From NCBI GenBank assembly GCA_040954595.2, contig CM082597.2, positions 2,352,349 through 2,416,348 of the forward strand: a stretch of DNA of 64,000 bases, read 5' to 3'. The stretch is from Balanoglossus misakiensis (taxonomy: Eukaryota; Animalia; Hemichordata). Below the pieces are notes generated by a model that was not told the origin of the DNA, did not search any database, and saw only the letters and a list, made by a program, of their open reading frames with translations. Positions 30,151 through 40,695 of this stretch are shown one piece after another (position 1 is the stretch's first letter; the number at the start of each line of letters is the position of its first letter). The translations under genes were made by a program, and so were the position numbers.

Positions 30151-32352
30151 TCACAAGTACATAATTTTCAAGTGGTGTTTTCCCAGTTCCGTGACAGCAA
30201 TCCTGTTGGTGCCGTCTTTACTCACCGCGATATAGGTGGGCTTTGTGAAGCGCCCGAGGCCAATTTCGCCGACAAATTTGCCGTCGCTGGCGAATTTCAC
30301 AACTCTGCCGTTGGTGTCGCACACGTAGACGTTGTCCTCGTCGTCGACGTCGATTCCGCGCGGCACTTCCACCTCGCCGAGACCCGACCCGATGTTAGCA
30401 AACATGCTGACGAACTTGCCATCCGGGTTCAGCATCTGTACGCGCCTGTTGCCCATGTCCGACACGATGATCTGGTCGCGACTGTTCACAACCGGCGAGA
30501 CGGGCCGCTGGAACTGGCCCCTGCTGGTCCCTTCCGAGCCGTACGACGCCAGGTGTTTGCCGAGCACGCTGTATTTCCGGATGCAGTGTGAGTTCCAGTC
30601 GGTGACGAGGACGTTGCCGTCGTTTGTCACTGCCAGCCCTCGGGGATCCACGCCTTCCCGCCGGCCAAACGTGCAGACAACACCGCCATCATCTTCAGTT
30701 ACCACCACATCTTTCAAGTCCGTCATCACGTGTTTCCCATCAGCCGTCACGACGACATCGACCGGTTTGAAGTCCAATTTCCCGAACTGCTTACAATCGA
30801 TGACCTTCCTGCAGCTGATATTCCAATCGAGGACCTGTACCCTGCTGTTGTTGTGGTCGGCGACAAGCAACCTCCCGTCGCTGTTTATACCGACTTTCCA
30901 CGGATTTCGGAACTGCCCCGGTTTGGAGCCATCCTCCCCGAACGTCCTGATCGTGCCCGATGGCGGCGCTGCCACGACAGTGAACGGCGACCCGAGGACA
31001 TCTTGTCTGCAGACGCGAACGCTCACCTCAAACTCCCCATCCTCCTCAAACTCGAGCCTCCCTACACATCTACCGTCGCGCTTGGTTGCCAAGTCGACCA
31101 TAGTTACTTCATTCTGCGGGTTTTTCATTGCCACTCTCACATAATTCGCGGCACTGACGACTTTCCCGTTGCTGTCCTTTGGAACGACTTTAATATCTAA
31201 CTGATCATCGACTGCTACTATCTTCTTGAGTCCTGCCACGTTCGAACTCCCGCCCACCACTGCCGTTGTCTCAAGTTTACCGATGCTTCGAACCTTCACG
31301 TCCTGCTCAGCTCTGAACCCGATGTACGAGTTTTCTTTCGGCATAGTGTCGATCTCGTTCTCCATCAGCTCGTTCAGACGCTGTTCCAACATCCCGTGAG
31401 ACGTCAGATACTGCGACGCGCTTGCGTAGTTGGTGATAATCCTTGAGAAGTCATCTACACTTTCCAGCGAAGCTTCCTTCAATGTGAGTTCCTTGTTTTG
31501 CGCCTGTAGGACCTGGCTTTTTTTCTTGACCATGGAGTGTAGTTCCTTTTTCAGTTTTTCTTGTTTTACTACGATTTTATTGACTATTTCTTGGGTGTGC
31601 TCCTCGATGGCAGTTTTAATCTTCTCGTATGTCGCGCGAAGATTGTCCAGCTCTTTGCTGACTAGATTTTTCCCGGTGGTACAGTCTTTTCTCATGGCGC
31701 GGGCTTTCTGAACAAGTCCGTCCAAGCGACGACGTTCGATTACGGCGGCTTTTTCGAGGTCGCGGTGCTGGTGATCTGGGACGCGATGCTCAACAACCGT
31801 GCATTTCATACACACTGGCTCTTTACAGGTGTCGCAGTAGACGTCGACCGGATTCTCGGGATGACCCGAGCAGTACACTGTCGGCTGCGGGATGTCTGCG
31901 TCGTCAGGTCGAGACAGGGCGTAGCGATGGAGCGCCATCAATCGGTGGCCTTGCGTCACCTTTAGGTTTTGATGCGCGCTGGTGCAATTCTGACAGAGAT
32001 TTTTCGCACATTCGGCGCATCTGCTTACCGCTCGAGACGCCATACAGCCATCGCATTTCTTGACCGTCTGCCTCTCGACATTCTCGAGCGTCTCCACATA
32101 ATCCAGGAGACCGGTGAGGTGGATATTGGTCTGCAATCCTCTGATTCCGTTGGCCGGCATTGTGCACGTCACACGACACGTCGGGCAAATCAATTTCCCC
32201 TTATTCTCGCTCACCCAGGTCTCCAAGCAACGCTGGCAGTAGCTATGGAGACACGGCAACATCTTGGGCGTCCGGTACACGTCCGAGCATATTCCACACG
32301 TGAGGAGATCGCCCTTCAACTGGGTTTTTAGAGAATGAATATCAGAAGCCAT
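30151..32352 (-). CDS. TRIM-NHL E3 ligase (TRIM2/3/71-like): RING, two B-boxes, coiled coil, filamin, NHL
   Basis: C3HC4 RING CGIC..LPCLHSYCQRC..CPTC; B-boxes CDGC..CAEC..LCQNCTSAH and CSGH..YCDTCKEPVCMKC..EH; filamin ending VLGSPFTV; NHL repeats GQFRNPWKV and GQFQRPVS. Single-exon 733-aa ORF. Confidence 0.93.
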   Translation of the reverse strand: MASDIHSLKTQLKGDLLTCGICSDVYRTPKMLPCLHSYCQRCLETWVSENKGKLICPTCRVTCTMPANGIRGLQTNIHLTGLLDYVETLENVERQTVKKCDGCMASRAVSRCAECAKNLCQNCTSAHQNLKVTQGHRLMALHRYALSRPDDADIPQPTVYCSGHPENPVDVYCDTCKEPVCMKCTVVEHRVPDHQHRDLEKAAVIERRRLDGLVQKARAMRKDCTTGKNLVSKELDNLRATYEKIKTAIEEHTQEIVNKIVVKQEKLKKELHSMVKKKSQVLQAQNKELTLKEASLESVDDFSRIITNYASASQYLTSHGMLEQRLNELMENEIDTMPKENSYIGFRAEQDVKVRSIGKLETTAVVGGSSNVAGLKKIVAVDDQLDIKVVPKDSNGKVVSAANYVRVAMKNPQNEVTMVDLATKRDGRCVGRLEFEEDGEFEVSVRVCRQDVLGSPFTVVAAPPSGTIRTFGEDGSKPGQFRNPWKVGINSDGRLLVADHNNSRVQVLDWNISCRKVIDCKQFGKLDFKPVDVVVTADGKHVMTDLKDVVVTEDDGGVVCTFGRREGVDPRGLAVTNDGNVLVTDWNSHCIRKYSVLGKHLASYGSEGTSRGQFQRPVSPVVNSRDQIIVSDMGNRRVQMLNPDGKFVSMFANIGSGLGEVEVPRGIDVDDEDNVYVCDTNGRVVKFASDGKFVGEIGLGRFTKPTYIAVSKDGTNRIAVTELGKHHLKIMYL

Positions 32353-34344
32353 TTTGAGGAATCTGTAACGTTACACCCACTGATCACACTGTTGTTGTAG
32401 TCAATGTTTAACCTCGCACAGGAACGCCGAGGACAAAGGTCAAACCCCAGTCTGCTTTGTTCGGTGACCTCATCCGTTTCATGTTATTCAACGTGTTATC
32501 AATAAATTTGTTGTCTGAATGTTGGTGTTCCAGTCGTTTAGATTAACAGTAATTAGTGATATTACGAACTGTAAACCTGACTGAAAGCTGAGCTAGATGG
32601 ATGAATGAATGAATGAATGAATGAATGAATAAATAAACAATTGGGTCAGATGGAAGGATGAATGAATGAATAATTAAAAAAATAAACGCATGAAAGAATG
32701 AGAAGACAAAAATGTATTTTTTAGTCACAATATGGAATGAAGCACCTCACAACAATTGTCAATGTACAAAAGTATAGCTCACAGCTATGTTAATTTGTAT
32801 TTAGGGAAGACATTCTAATTTGTTGAAGAAAGTGAACAGGTGTTCGTAGATTTCCATATGCAACATGCTAATTTCCTTTCATACGAGAACTTGAAACAAG
32901 ATTCGTCGCAATGCGGTCGATCTTCGTGTTTCAAGATTGACCTGGATACTGTCATCTTGTTGGAGGGATTTTTAATGTGCCTAACTGCTGAAGGAGTTGT
33001 CTACTTTTCCTGTTAGTCGTGAAACTGTGGAACGTTTCCAGGAATCAGGACTTCCAGAAACCTACTCGAGGCGCAACGTGAACAACATCATGGAATGTCG
33101 AGAGAAACATCGCAGCTGTTCGAATAGGTGAGCTCACAATAGATTGCATTTTAAACGTAACCCGTCTGCGCGTATGGGTCCCATGCAATACAATTCGGCG
33201 CACCATATCAATCGCCAGGGATTGAAATAATATTTTAAAATTCAGTGTGGCTTAATTCACTGAAGATAGGGTGGTATTCTCGGTAAGCAAAATGCAAACG
33301 AGAAGTCTATAAGGGCTTTACAGTAAGAAATAAGAGCGAATAACTGGGATACCGAGAAATTATGTAACTCCCCATTGTTCAAGCCTGCGGCGTTCGGTTT
33401 TGGTACGCGCCGGTGCAAATGTAGCCCTGGCCCGTTGCGATGTGCCGATATTAGCTCAAGACGCGAGGCGCAGCGCAGTATATTGTAACTAACACAAAGG
33501 AGTTACTTGTAATAAATCATTGTGCAACTTTACCAGTTCGAATGTACTTTACTGCTTAGTGTTAAGTTGTAATAAGTAGAGCATTAACAGAAGACCTGGC
33601 TTCTCATAATACTGTCATAAAACATCATTAGATACATTTATTGTTTTATTGCTTTTTGAAAGCAAATATATTTTCACGTGCGTGGATTCAATGAAGCGAT
33701 GCGTGTTTTTTCTTCGTAAGAATTGTAGTTCCTTGCCTTACATTTTTAACACCTCGGGGTGATTAGGTTTGATCGAGAAGAATGATCTTGGGACTGATTG
33801 CAAATACCTCATGGATTTTTATAATTAATTTTTCACGCGAGAGCTGTCAGTTATTGAAGAGACGGGTGAAAAAGTTTGCCTATGTTGTATGACCTTTCCT
33901 GTTCTGTAGCATTTCGCCAGAAATCAAATCTTCAGGTTTAATTAACTTTCACGAGGTGGAACTTGATCATAATCAGACTGAGAATAATTGAACTTGAAAA
34001 TTAATTGGAATATTCGGTGCCGTAACGTGGTTATTAATTTCACTGCAATTTACCCGATAATGCAAAATAATGAGCTACTGTTATTAGTGAGTGATGATGT
34101 GCTGACTGGCAGTGACCCTAGATGACCTTAGCGAAGGCTAATTTTAGTTGTTGATACACGTGGCAAAAGTTAGCAATGCAAGTACATGTACTTTCATAAT
34201 GAAGACATTTTAGTAAATCTGAATTGAGAATTCTAATGGTGTAAATGTAGAAGTAGACAACGACGCACAAAACATTGTAACTTTTAAAGAAAACTTTATT
34301 AGAAGGACGTTAGCTGTAGAACCGCTGAGCCCAGTGAGCATGAG

Positions 34345-35026
34345 TTATCTTCTGAAAAATGATCCGTGCCTGTGTTGGAAAAAAAGATAATGTTCCATTA
34401 TTAACTCGGTAATTTGATGAGTGCCCATCAGCTAGCGGAAACACAGTGTCCAATTTTCGAAAGTCAAAATTGATTGTTTTTTTTCCAAGCACTAATTACG
34501 TCATAATTCGTTTGATATCGATACCAGTGTCTGTCACGTGAGTAGTCTCAGCATCAGCCCGATTTATGAGGTTTACGTCATAGTCTGTAAGTCCACGAGA
34601 ACCTCGGAGATAACGCGTGAAAAAGCAGAATTATATTACTCACCATTGTGTGCATGCAAGCTTAGCTCCTCTGGCGTCACAGACACACGTCATTCCCAAC
34701 TCATTTTGACAAACTGAAATATAGAATAACAAAAAACAATTATGCACCACCAAAGACAAATAGTGATTTTTTTGTGTTGGTCAGCGATCTCAGGCAACAT
34801 GTAAACTTTGGTAAACGTGTCTATTCCCCGAGGCAGACAGTAAAGTAACTCATATGCAACGCACTTGTATGAGACTTATTGCTGCGGAGACATACTTACG
34901 CTGGTATTGTCCCGGACGTGTCATGACATCAAAACTTGCCTTCCTGACCGGTGTTGCAATAGTGGTAGCAATCACGACCACTACGAACACAAGAAGTATC
35001 GCTGATGCTTTAGAAGGTGCCATCAT
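34345..35026 (-). CDS. Small secreted cysteine-rich peptide precursor (73 aa, 3 exons)
   Basis: Exons 35026-34900, 34713-34644 and 34369-34345 have GTAAGT/GTGAGT donors, pyrimidine-rich CAG acceptors and matching phases. They give MMAPSKASAILLVFVVVVIATTIATPVRKASFDVMTRPGQYQLCQNELGMTCVCDARGAKLACTQWHGSFFRR*. AATAAA lies ~45 nt after the stop. Confidence 0.7.
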
Positions 35027-35199
35027 TACTTGTGTGCTCGTCTCGAAAAAGCAGGAAAGGCAAAAAAACTGAAACCGAAGCAAATGATGTACGATAAGAG
35101 ATGACGTAAACTTTCAGCGTCATGACAAGATACTCAGAAAATCAGACAAATATGTATAGAGATTCAGCGATCTTGCATGCGCTTTTACACACCGGGTAG

Positions 35200-35335
35200 A
35201 TGAGAGATGGGGGAGAGAGAAAGAGAGGAAAAGGAGCAAAATGAGAGAGGGAGGGAGAGGGAGAGAGCGCAAAAGAGATAGGGATAGATAGCTAGCCAGA
35301 TAGAGAGACAGATGATGGAGAGGAGAAAGAGAGAT
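35200..35335. repeat. GA/purine-rich low-complexity tract
   Basis: Runs of GAGA, GGGA and GATA. Confidence 0.7.
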
Positions 35336-35853
35336 AACGCCTTACCTTTTGTGAGAGCTTGCAGTTTCGTGAAGTCGACGTTTCAAGGAAATGCCAACCC
35401 TGCGTCGCAGCCTGGCTATTTATGATGCTCACCACGCTAAGTAGCGATTTATTAACTTCCGTGGACGGACAATCCACCAGACACAGTATTGAATTATTCG
35501 ACAGATAATACCGTAGATTTCAATTTAGAGGTGCCAAATTTGTCACATTAGACAGCCGATACCCGGTGGAATCGGAAACTACAATCCCGTCTATTGTATT
35601 GGACAAACAGAGATTGATGAGTTCATTATGAAAGATATAATGGAAGCCCGTCTTGTGTTTAAGATTAGGCCCCTTTATCTCAATATGCCCGAGAGGGATG
35701 TATGTAACTAATATCATATCTGTACCGAGGATTAATATTTTTTGTTTGTACGTCTTTTGACACCAGCCGTGGTTTTCGGTCTGCTTTATCCAGAAATTGA
35801 GATCACATCACGTGAGGAGTTCATTTGGTATTGAAGTATTTTTTATTGTCAAA

Positions 35854-37455
35854 TCATATACATTTGAGGTTGTTGTTGAACAGAAGATGGTTTGAGTGTC
35901 TTTTAGGGTCACTTGTGTCAACCAGTCTCGCCCTGTATTGTAAGTACTTGGGATTCCTGATAGGGTCATGATCCACGTCAACATCTTTGCACATAGCCAC
36001 TCTCATCTTCCCCAAGCCATCTACAAAGAATGCTGTGTGTCCTATTCTGCGATACTCTGGGTCAAAGCCCACCTGTCTAACTACTGACGTTTTCGCCATA
36101 AAGAAGTCAACAACAACGTCCACCACATCACACTGAGGGAACCTCTCCAGTTTGTGATAGCGACCATGTATTGAACGAAGACAGTCACCATTTTGACCGC
36201 CGGCTTTGAAAATGAAACATTTGTTATAGCTTTTGCCGTTGACTGTTCCGCCAACAAGGTCGAGTTTTGTAAAGGGGTCCTCAAGTTTTTCCAGCATGTA
36301 TTCGAGCTTCGTCCGATCTGTGAAAATGAAATCGTCGTCAACCCACAGGAAGTACTTCGTTGTGACCTGGCTGAGGGCAACACCTCGGCCGGCAAACAAG
36401 CCTTCTGCAAAAGGCATGGTCGTCGACTTAACGTTTTTGCCCATAATCCCCTGCGGCACCTCGGAGTCGTCTGCTACGACGATCTTCAAATCAGGATAAA
36501 ATTTATTAACGCTCTCCACCAGCCTGTTGACAGCCTCGTATCGTTCGAACGTTTTGGTGATCACCGTGACCTTGTCGGAGAGTTTCGCTTCAGGTCCAAC
36601 ATCGTACAGATCCGGAAGTGTCTGTCTGCGCACGTGCACGTGAACTTGCACTGAGAACCCCATGAAGTCGACATCAACAATGTCCCTCATGCTGATGTCA
36701 TAGACAACACTTTTGTAGATCAGATTATCGAGGATTAGATTCAGTGTTTCCACAGTGTTACCAGTAATCCTGATCGTCCTTGTGTTGTTTCCAAAAATCC
36801 GGAATTCGTGACTATGTAAATTAAGCTTTACTTTTCCAACTACAAGTTTACCAATTGTCTTTCTGGTGGCAACTGTCAGTGTCAATTTTTGAGAATATTT
36901 CTTGATCGGATAAAACGTCGTGAAGAGTGGGTCGATTCTCAGTCCAATCAGTCGTGTTGGAAACAAGGGTTCAACTACAATGCCTGTGCCAATGTAGCTG
37001 ATTGGTGACATTGACTTGCAAACTCCCAAAGGTTCTGTCCTGTCAGCGTTTTCTTCTCTCCATAACATTGCTTCTTTCATCCTCCTCGCGCTTGTGTCCT
37101 CATCAAGGGGGAATGTCTGGTTTTTGGAACACCTGCATGGTTTAGTCTGCATGCCCATCCTGTGTCTCAGAGTTTCCTCCATGTTTGAACGTTTGTTGAA
37201 CTCTTGGATCCAAAGGCTGAGGGCAGTGTTCAGAATAACGTCACTGCTGATATCTTCGTTTCCAAAGTGTTCCGAAAAGCGGCTATGCATGAAGTCTCTC
37301 AGTTGTTTCTCGCCGACAGTTTTGATGGCTTTGGTCGTGACGTCAGTGTCGCCTCGTGATAGCATTAAAGTGGCAGAGTTGAGAAAGAGAAACGTTGTCA
37401 TGACAACACCGAGGCTGAAGTACAGAAGCGCGCTCAGCACGCTGACGAAGCTCAT
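35854..37455 (-). CDS. Beta-1,4-N-acetylgalactosaminyltransferase (B4GALNT1/2-like), copy 1
   Basis: N-terminal type II membrane anchor and GT-A fold motifs VTVITKTFERY, IVVADDS, MPFAEGLFAGRGVALSQVTTKYFLWVDDDF (DxD) and DFFMAKT. Intronless 533-aa CDS. Confidence 0.9.
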   Translation of the reverse strand: MSFVSVLSALLYFSLGVVMTTFLFLNSATLMLSRGDTDVTTKAIKTVGEKQLRDFMHSRFSEHFGNEDISSDVILNTALSLWIQEFNKRSNMEETLRHRMGMQTKPCRCSKNQTFPLDEDTSARRMKEAMLWREENADRTEPLGVCKSMSPISYIGTGIVVEPLFPTRLIGLRIDPLFTTFYPIKKYSQKLTLTVATRKTIGKLVVGKVKLNLHSHEFRIFGNNTRTIRITGNTVETLNLILDNLIYKSVVYDISMRDIVDVDFMGFSVQVHVHVRRQTLPDLYDVGPEAKLSDKVTVITKTFERYEAVNRLVESVNKFYPDLKIVVADDSEVPQGIMGKNVKSTTMPFAEGLFAGRGVALSQVTTKYFLWVDDDFIFTDRTKLEYMLEKLEDPFTKLDLVGGTVNGKSYNKCFIFKAGGQNGDCLRSIHGRYHKLERFPQCDVVDVVVDFFMAKTSVVRQVGFDPEYRRIGHTAFFVDGLGKMRVAMCKDVDVDHDPIRNPKYLQYRARLVDTSDPKRHSNHLLFNNNLKCI

Positions 37456-38392
37456 ATTGGGAATGATGTGTCGTGTGTTTAACCTGTGACAGTAAAATAA
37501 CTGTTAGTTCTATGATGCAATACTTGTGAATACGCCGCTTTTGTTTAACACGATCAACAATGAACAACCATGGTGCTTGCTTGTAGTAAGCTCCACATAA
37601 AAAATTGGCATACTGAAAACATCATCCGTGTCAGTGGATTTTCCAGTACATTAATTTTCATAAACACACATGATACACTGGTAGTATTTGGTTGGAAATT
37701 TAAATTAGTGATGACGACATGAGAATATCATTGTATATCAAAACCAAAATGTTATCAGCAATAATTGCGCACTAGTTGATGTGTGGTGGCCTGTAAATCT
37801 TACCTATTGTATAGAATCCACGACATAAACTGGTAGCGAGTACATTGGATGAATTTCGCAGACGGAAACAGACGACCAAGAACACCATTGCCACGGAAGC
37901 CAGGACGGCGTAACGATCAATTATTGAAGATTAACACTGAGGGCGCTGTCATGTAACAGCTGGTGCCAAAGATAAAGGCAGGCTGTGACCCCGTATTGTT
38001 TTCGTTTTTATTGAGCGATGTTGGTTATGAATTAACGTGGAAACATGTACAAGTTAGGATAAATCCAGTACCTCGTCGAATGACGAAAATACCCAACTTT
38101 AAAAATACTAATACACCGAAATTAAATAACCTTGAAATAGACAATGACAATTTAGGTCATCGTGTCAAAGCAAATTGTCTTAAAGTTTTGAAAATCAAAA
38201 TTGCCGTCAATCTCTATGTTAGCTATACACAATATGTGATGTGTTGAGTTGAACGACCTGATGTTTTCAAAAGTGTTCTTCGAAGTATAAAGATCTTGTG
38301 AATTCACTGTCAATTGTTTTTCTATTCCAACGTAAAAATTGAGATTGCCACTAGAAGTTGCGAAAATTTGTTAAAAGGAAATATCTCACATC

Positions 38393-40144
38393 TCATGTGC
38401 ATTTTAAATTGTTATTGAAAAATAAGTGATTTGTGTGTCTTTTGGGATATGTTATGTCGTCATGTCGTGACCTGTACAGTGCATATTTACTGTTGGAAAT
38501 TTGTACGTGACCAACGTCAACGTCTTTGCATGATGCCACTCTCATTTTACCCAATCCGTCGATGAAAAATTCCGAGTGGCCAATTCGACGGTATTCGGGG
38601 TCGAAACCGACCTGTCGAACAATCGAGGTCCTCGCCATGAAAAAATCTATGACGACATCTGTGACGTCACATTCAGGAAACCGTTCGTGACGTCGATAGC
38701 TGCCATAGATTGTTCTCAGACAGTCGCCACTCTCGCCGCCATATTTGAATAGAAAACACTTATTATAGGCTTTGCCATTAACTGTTCCTCCCACCACGTC
38801 CAAACGACCCAGTGGGTCTTCTAACTTTTGCACCATAAGCTCTAGTTTCGTTTTCTCGGTAAATACAAAATCGTCATCAACCCAAACGAAATATTTTGTG
38901 GTCACTTGACTCAGAGCAACGCCCCGCCCCGCAAAAAGCCCCTCTGCAAACGGCATCAAGGTCTGCTTGACATTATTACCCACAATCCTTTGCGCGTTTT
39001 CGGTGTCGTCTGCTACAATAATGGTCACATTTGGGTAGAACTTGTTTATGCTTTCGACCAAGTTGTTGATGGCGTCGTACCGTTCGAAAGTCTTTGTTAT
39101 GACCGTGACTTTGTCGGACATCAGATCACCAGGACCAGGATCATAAAGATCCGGTAAAATTTGCCGCCTGATGTGAACGTGAACCTTCACTGTGAAACTC
39201 ATGAAAGCGACGTCGATGATATCCCTCAGGCTAATGTCATAGAAAGTACTCTTGTACGCAACGTGGCCCAGCAGACGATTGAGTTTATTTATACTACGGC
39301 TCGTCAAGACCAATTCTGCAGTGTCATTTCCCATGATTCTAATTCCACCTTGATGGAGAAGCCGTTGGAATTTGGAGTGACCCTGCAGAAGCAGTCTGCC
39401 CAGGCCTTTAGTGGATTTCAGTTTTACTGTCAATTCTGGTGATTTGTCTAATGTGGAGAGAACGTCAGCTGCTAGGGGATCAACTGAAATCCCGACCAGC
39501 TGAACAGTCTGCAATGGCTCCACAACAATGCCAGTGGCAATGTAGTCTAACGGGGACATCCCTCTGCAAACGGAAAATGGTTCTCTCTTCTCGGAATCTT
39601 CTCTGATCCACTCCAGCGCTTCCTTCCGCCGCCGTTCGTCCATGTTGTCGTCGAGGGGGTGCTTCAGCGTCCTGTGACAAGCGCACGGTTCCTTAGGCGC
39701 CATTTTCTTCCTGAGTTTAGTTTCGGTCAGCAGCGGTCTTTCGTCATGTTCTGAGGTCCACCAGCCGACGAGTGACCTCACCCTCGTGTCCTGTTGAAGT
39801 AAAGTGTCCAGGTCTTGGTTTGTGTTCGCTGAAGTTTTCATTGCGTTACTAGCAGTAGTTTCTTGTTCATGTTCGTCCTCTGGGGTTGTGACGTCATTCT
39901 TGAATGTCACAGTTTTCCTCGTGGCGTCATCGAATATGTCTTTCTCCAATAGTTCCAGTTCCTCCATATCCCAGCTTTCCCGTGTGGCATCATCGCTAAA
40001 CGCAGCGTCGTCCATTTTTCTCCCGACATAGTCACCCTCGGCAGCTGCGTCGTTGTTTCGATACAGGGACATTACATTAGACAGCAACATGCCACAAGAG
40101 AAGCAGACGATACAACTGAAAATTTGTTCGAGCGTGAACTTCAT
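38393..40144 (-). CDS. Beta-1,4-N-acetylgalactosaminyltransferase (B4GALNT1/2-like), copy 2
   Basis: Tandem paralog of the 35854-37455 gene with a longer acidic stem and the same catalytic motifs (KYFVWVDDDF). Ends FNNNLKCT. Intronless 583-aa CDS. Confidence 0.9.
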   Translation of the reverse strand: MKFTLEQIFSCIVCFSCGMLLSNVMSLYRNNDAAAEGDYVGRKMDDAAFSDDATRESWDMEELELLEKDIFDDATRKTVTFKNDVTTPEDEHEQETTASNAMKTSANTNQDLDTLLQQDTRVRSLVGWWTSEHDERPLLTETKLRKKMAPKEPCACHRTLKHPLDDNMDERRRKEALEWIREDSEKREPFSVCRGMSPLDYIATGIVVEPLQTVQLVGISVDPLAADVLSTLDKSPELTVKLKSTKGLGRLLLQGHSKFQRLLHQGGIRIMGNDTAELVLTSRSINKLNRLLGHVAYKSTFYDISLRDIIDVAFMSFTVKVHVHIRRQILPDLYDPGPGDLMSDKVTVITKTFERYDAINNLVESINKFYPNVTIIVADDTENAQRIVGNNVKQTLMPFAEGLFAGRGVALSQVTTKYFVWVDDDFVFTEKTKLELMVQKLEDPLGRLDVVGGTVNGKAYNKCFLFKYGGESGDCLRTIYGSYRRHERFPECDVTDVVIDFFMARTSIVRQVGFDPEYRRIGHSEFFIDGLGKMRVASCKDVDVGHVQISNSKYALYRSRHDDITYPKRHTNHLFFNNNLKCT

Positions 40145-40695
40145 GATGGCGGCGTCACTGAATGCGCAAAAAGCGATGGTGCTGGAGAAATTCTACGATG
40201 GCGATCTAGCTATCCCACACACGCACATGTGTTTTTAGTCTGTTGCATGAGTCATTGTGGCGAGGTGCCGATTATACAAATCACACCAACAACTGCAATC
40301 CAAGATGGCGGCCCATACGCAGTAAAATTTCTAATCTGCGTTGCCATCTGTTGCCAGGGCATATAAACCCTACAGTAAATATGGGCAACATTGTTATTAT
40401 CATTGAATATTATGAAGAATTTTGGCATACATTGCTTTAAATAATTCTTCGAGGTTGATGAAATAACGTCCACGCTCTAAACGGGAAATTATTTCCTCGG
40501 GTACATTGTGTTATTGTGAACCCCCCAAACAACCATCCGAAATTGGTTTGCGGGGGAGGGGGTGTAGTAGAACATAAAAAAAACATAATAAATGACAACA
40601 GCCGTATTCCCATGCCACTAAATTATTATTTATTTTCCCAATTTCAAACCGAGTTCAGTGTTTACAGACCATTGTTGCTTTTGCCAACTGCGCCC

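Noticed and set aside
30332-31144. 270-aa Ser/Thr-rich + strand ORF
   Set aside because: Antisense shadow of the GC-rich TRIM coding sequence.
33017-33127. Possible orphan + strand exon and a STAT-like TTCCAGGAA site upstream of the TRIM gene
   Set aside because: No partner exons or recognisable protein were found, and such short motifs are expected by chance.
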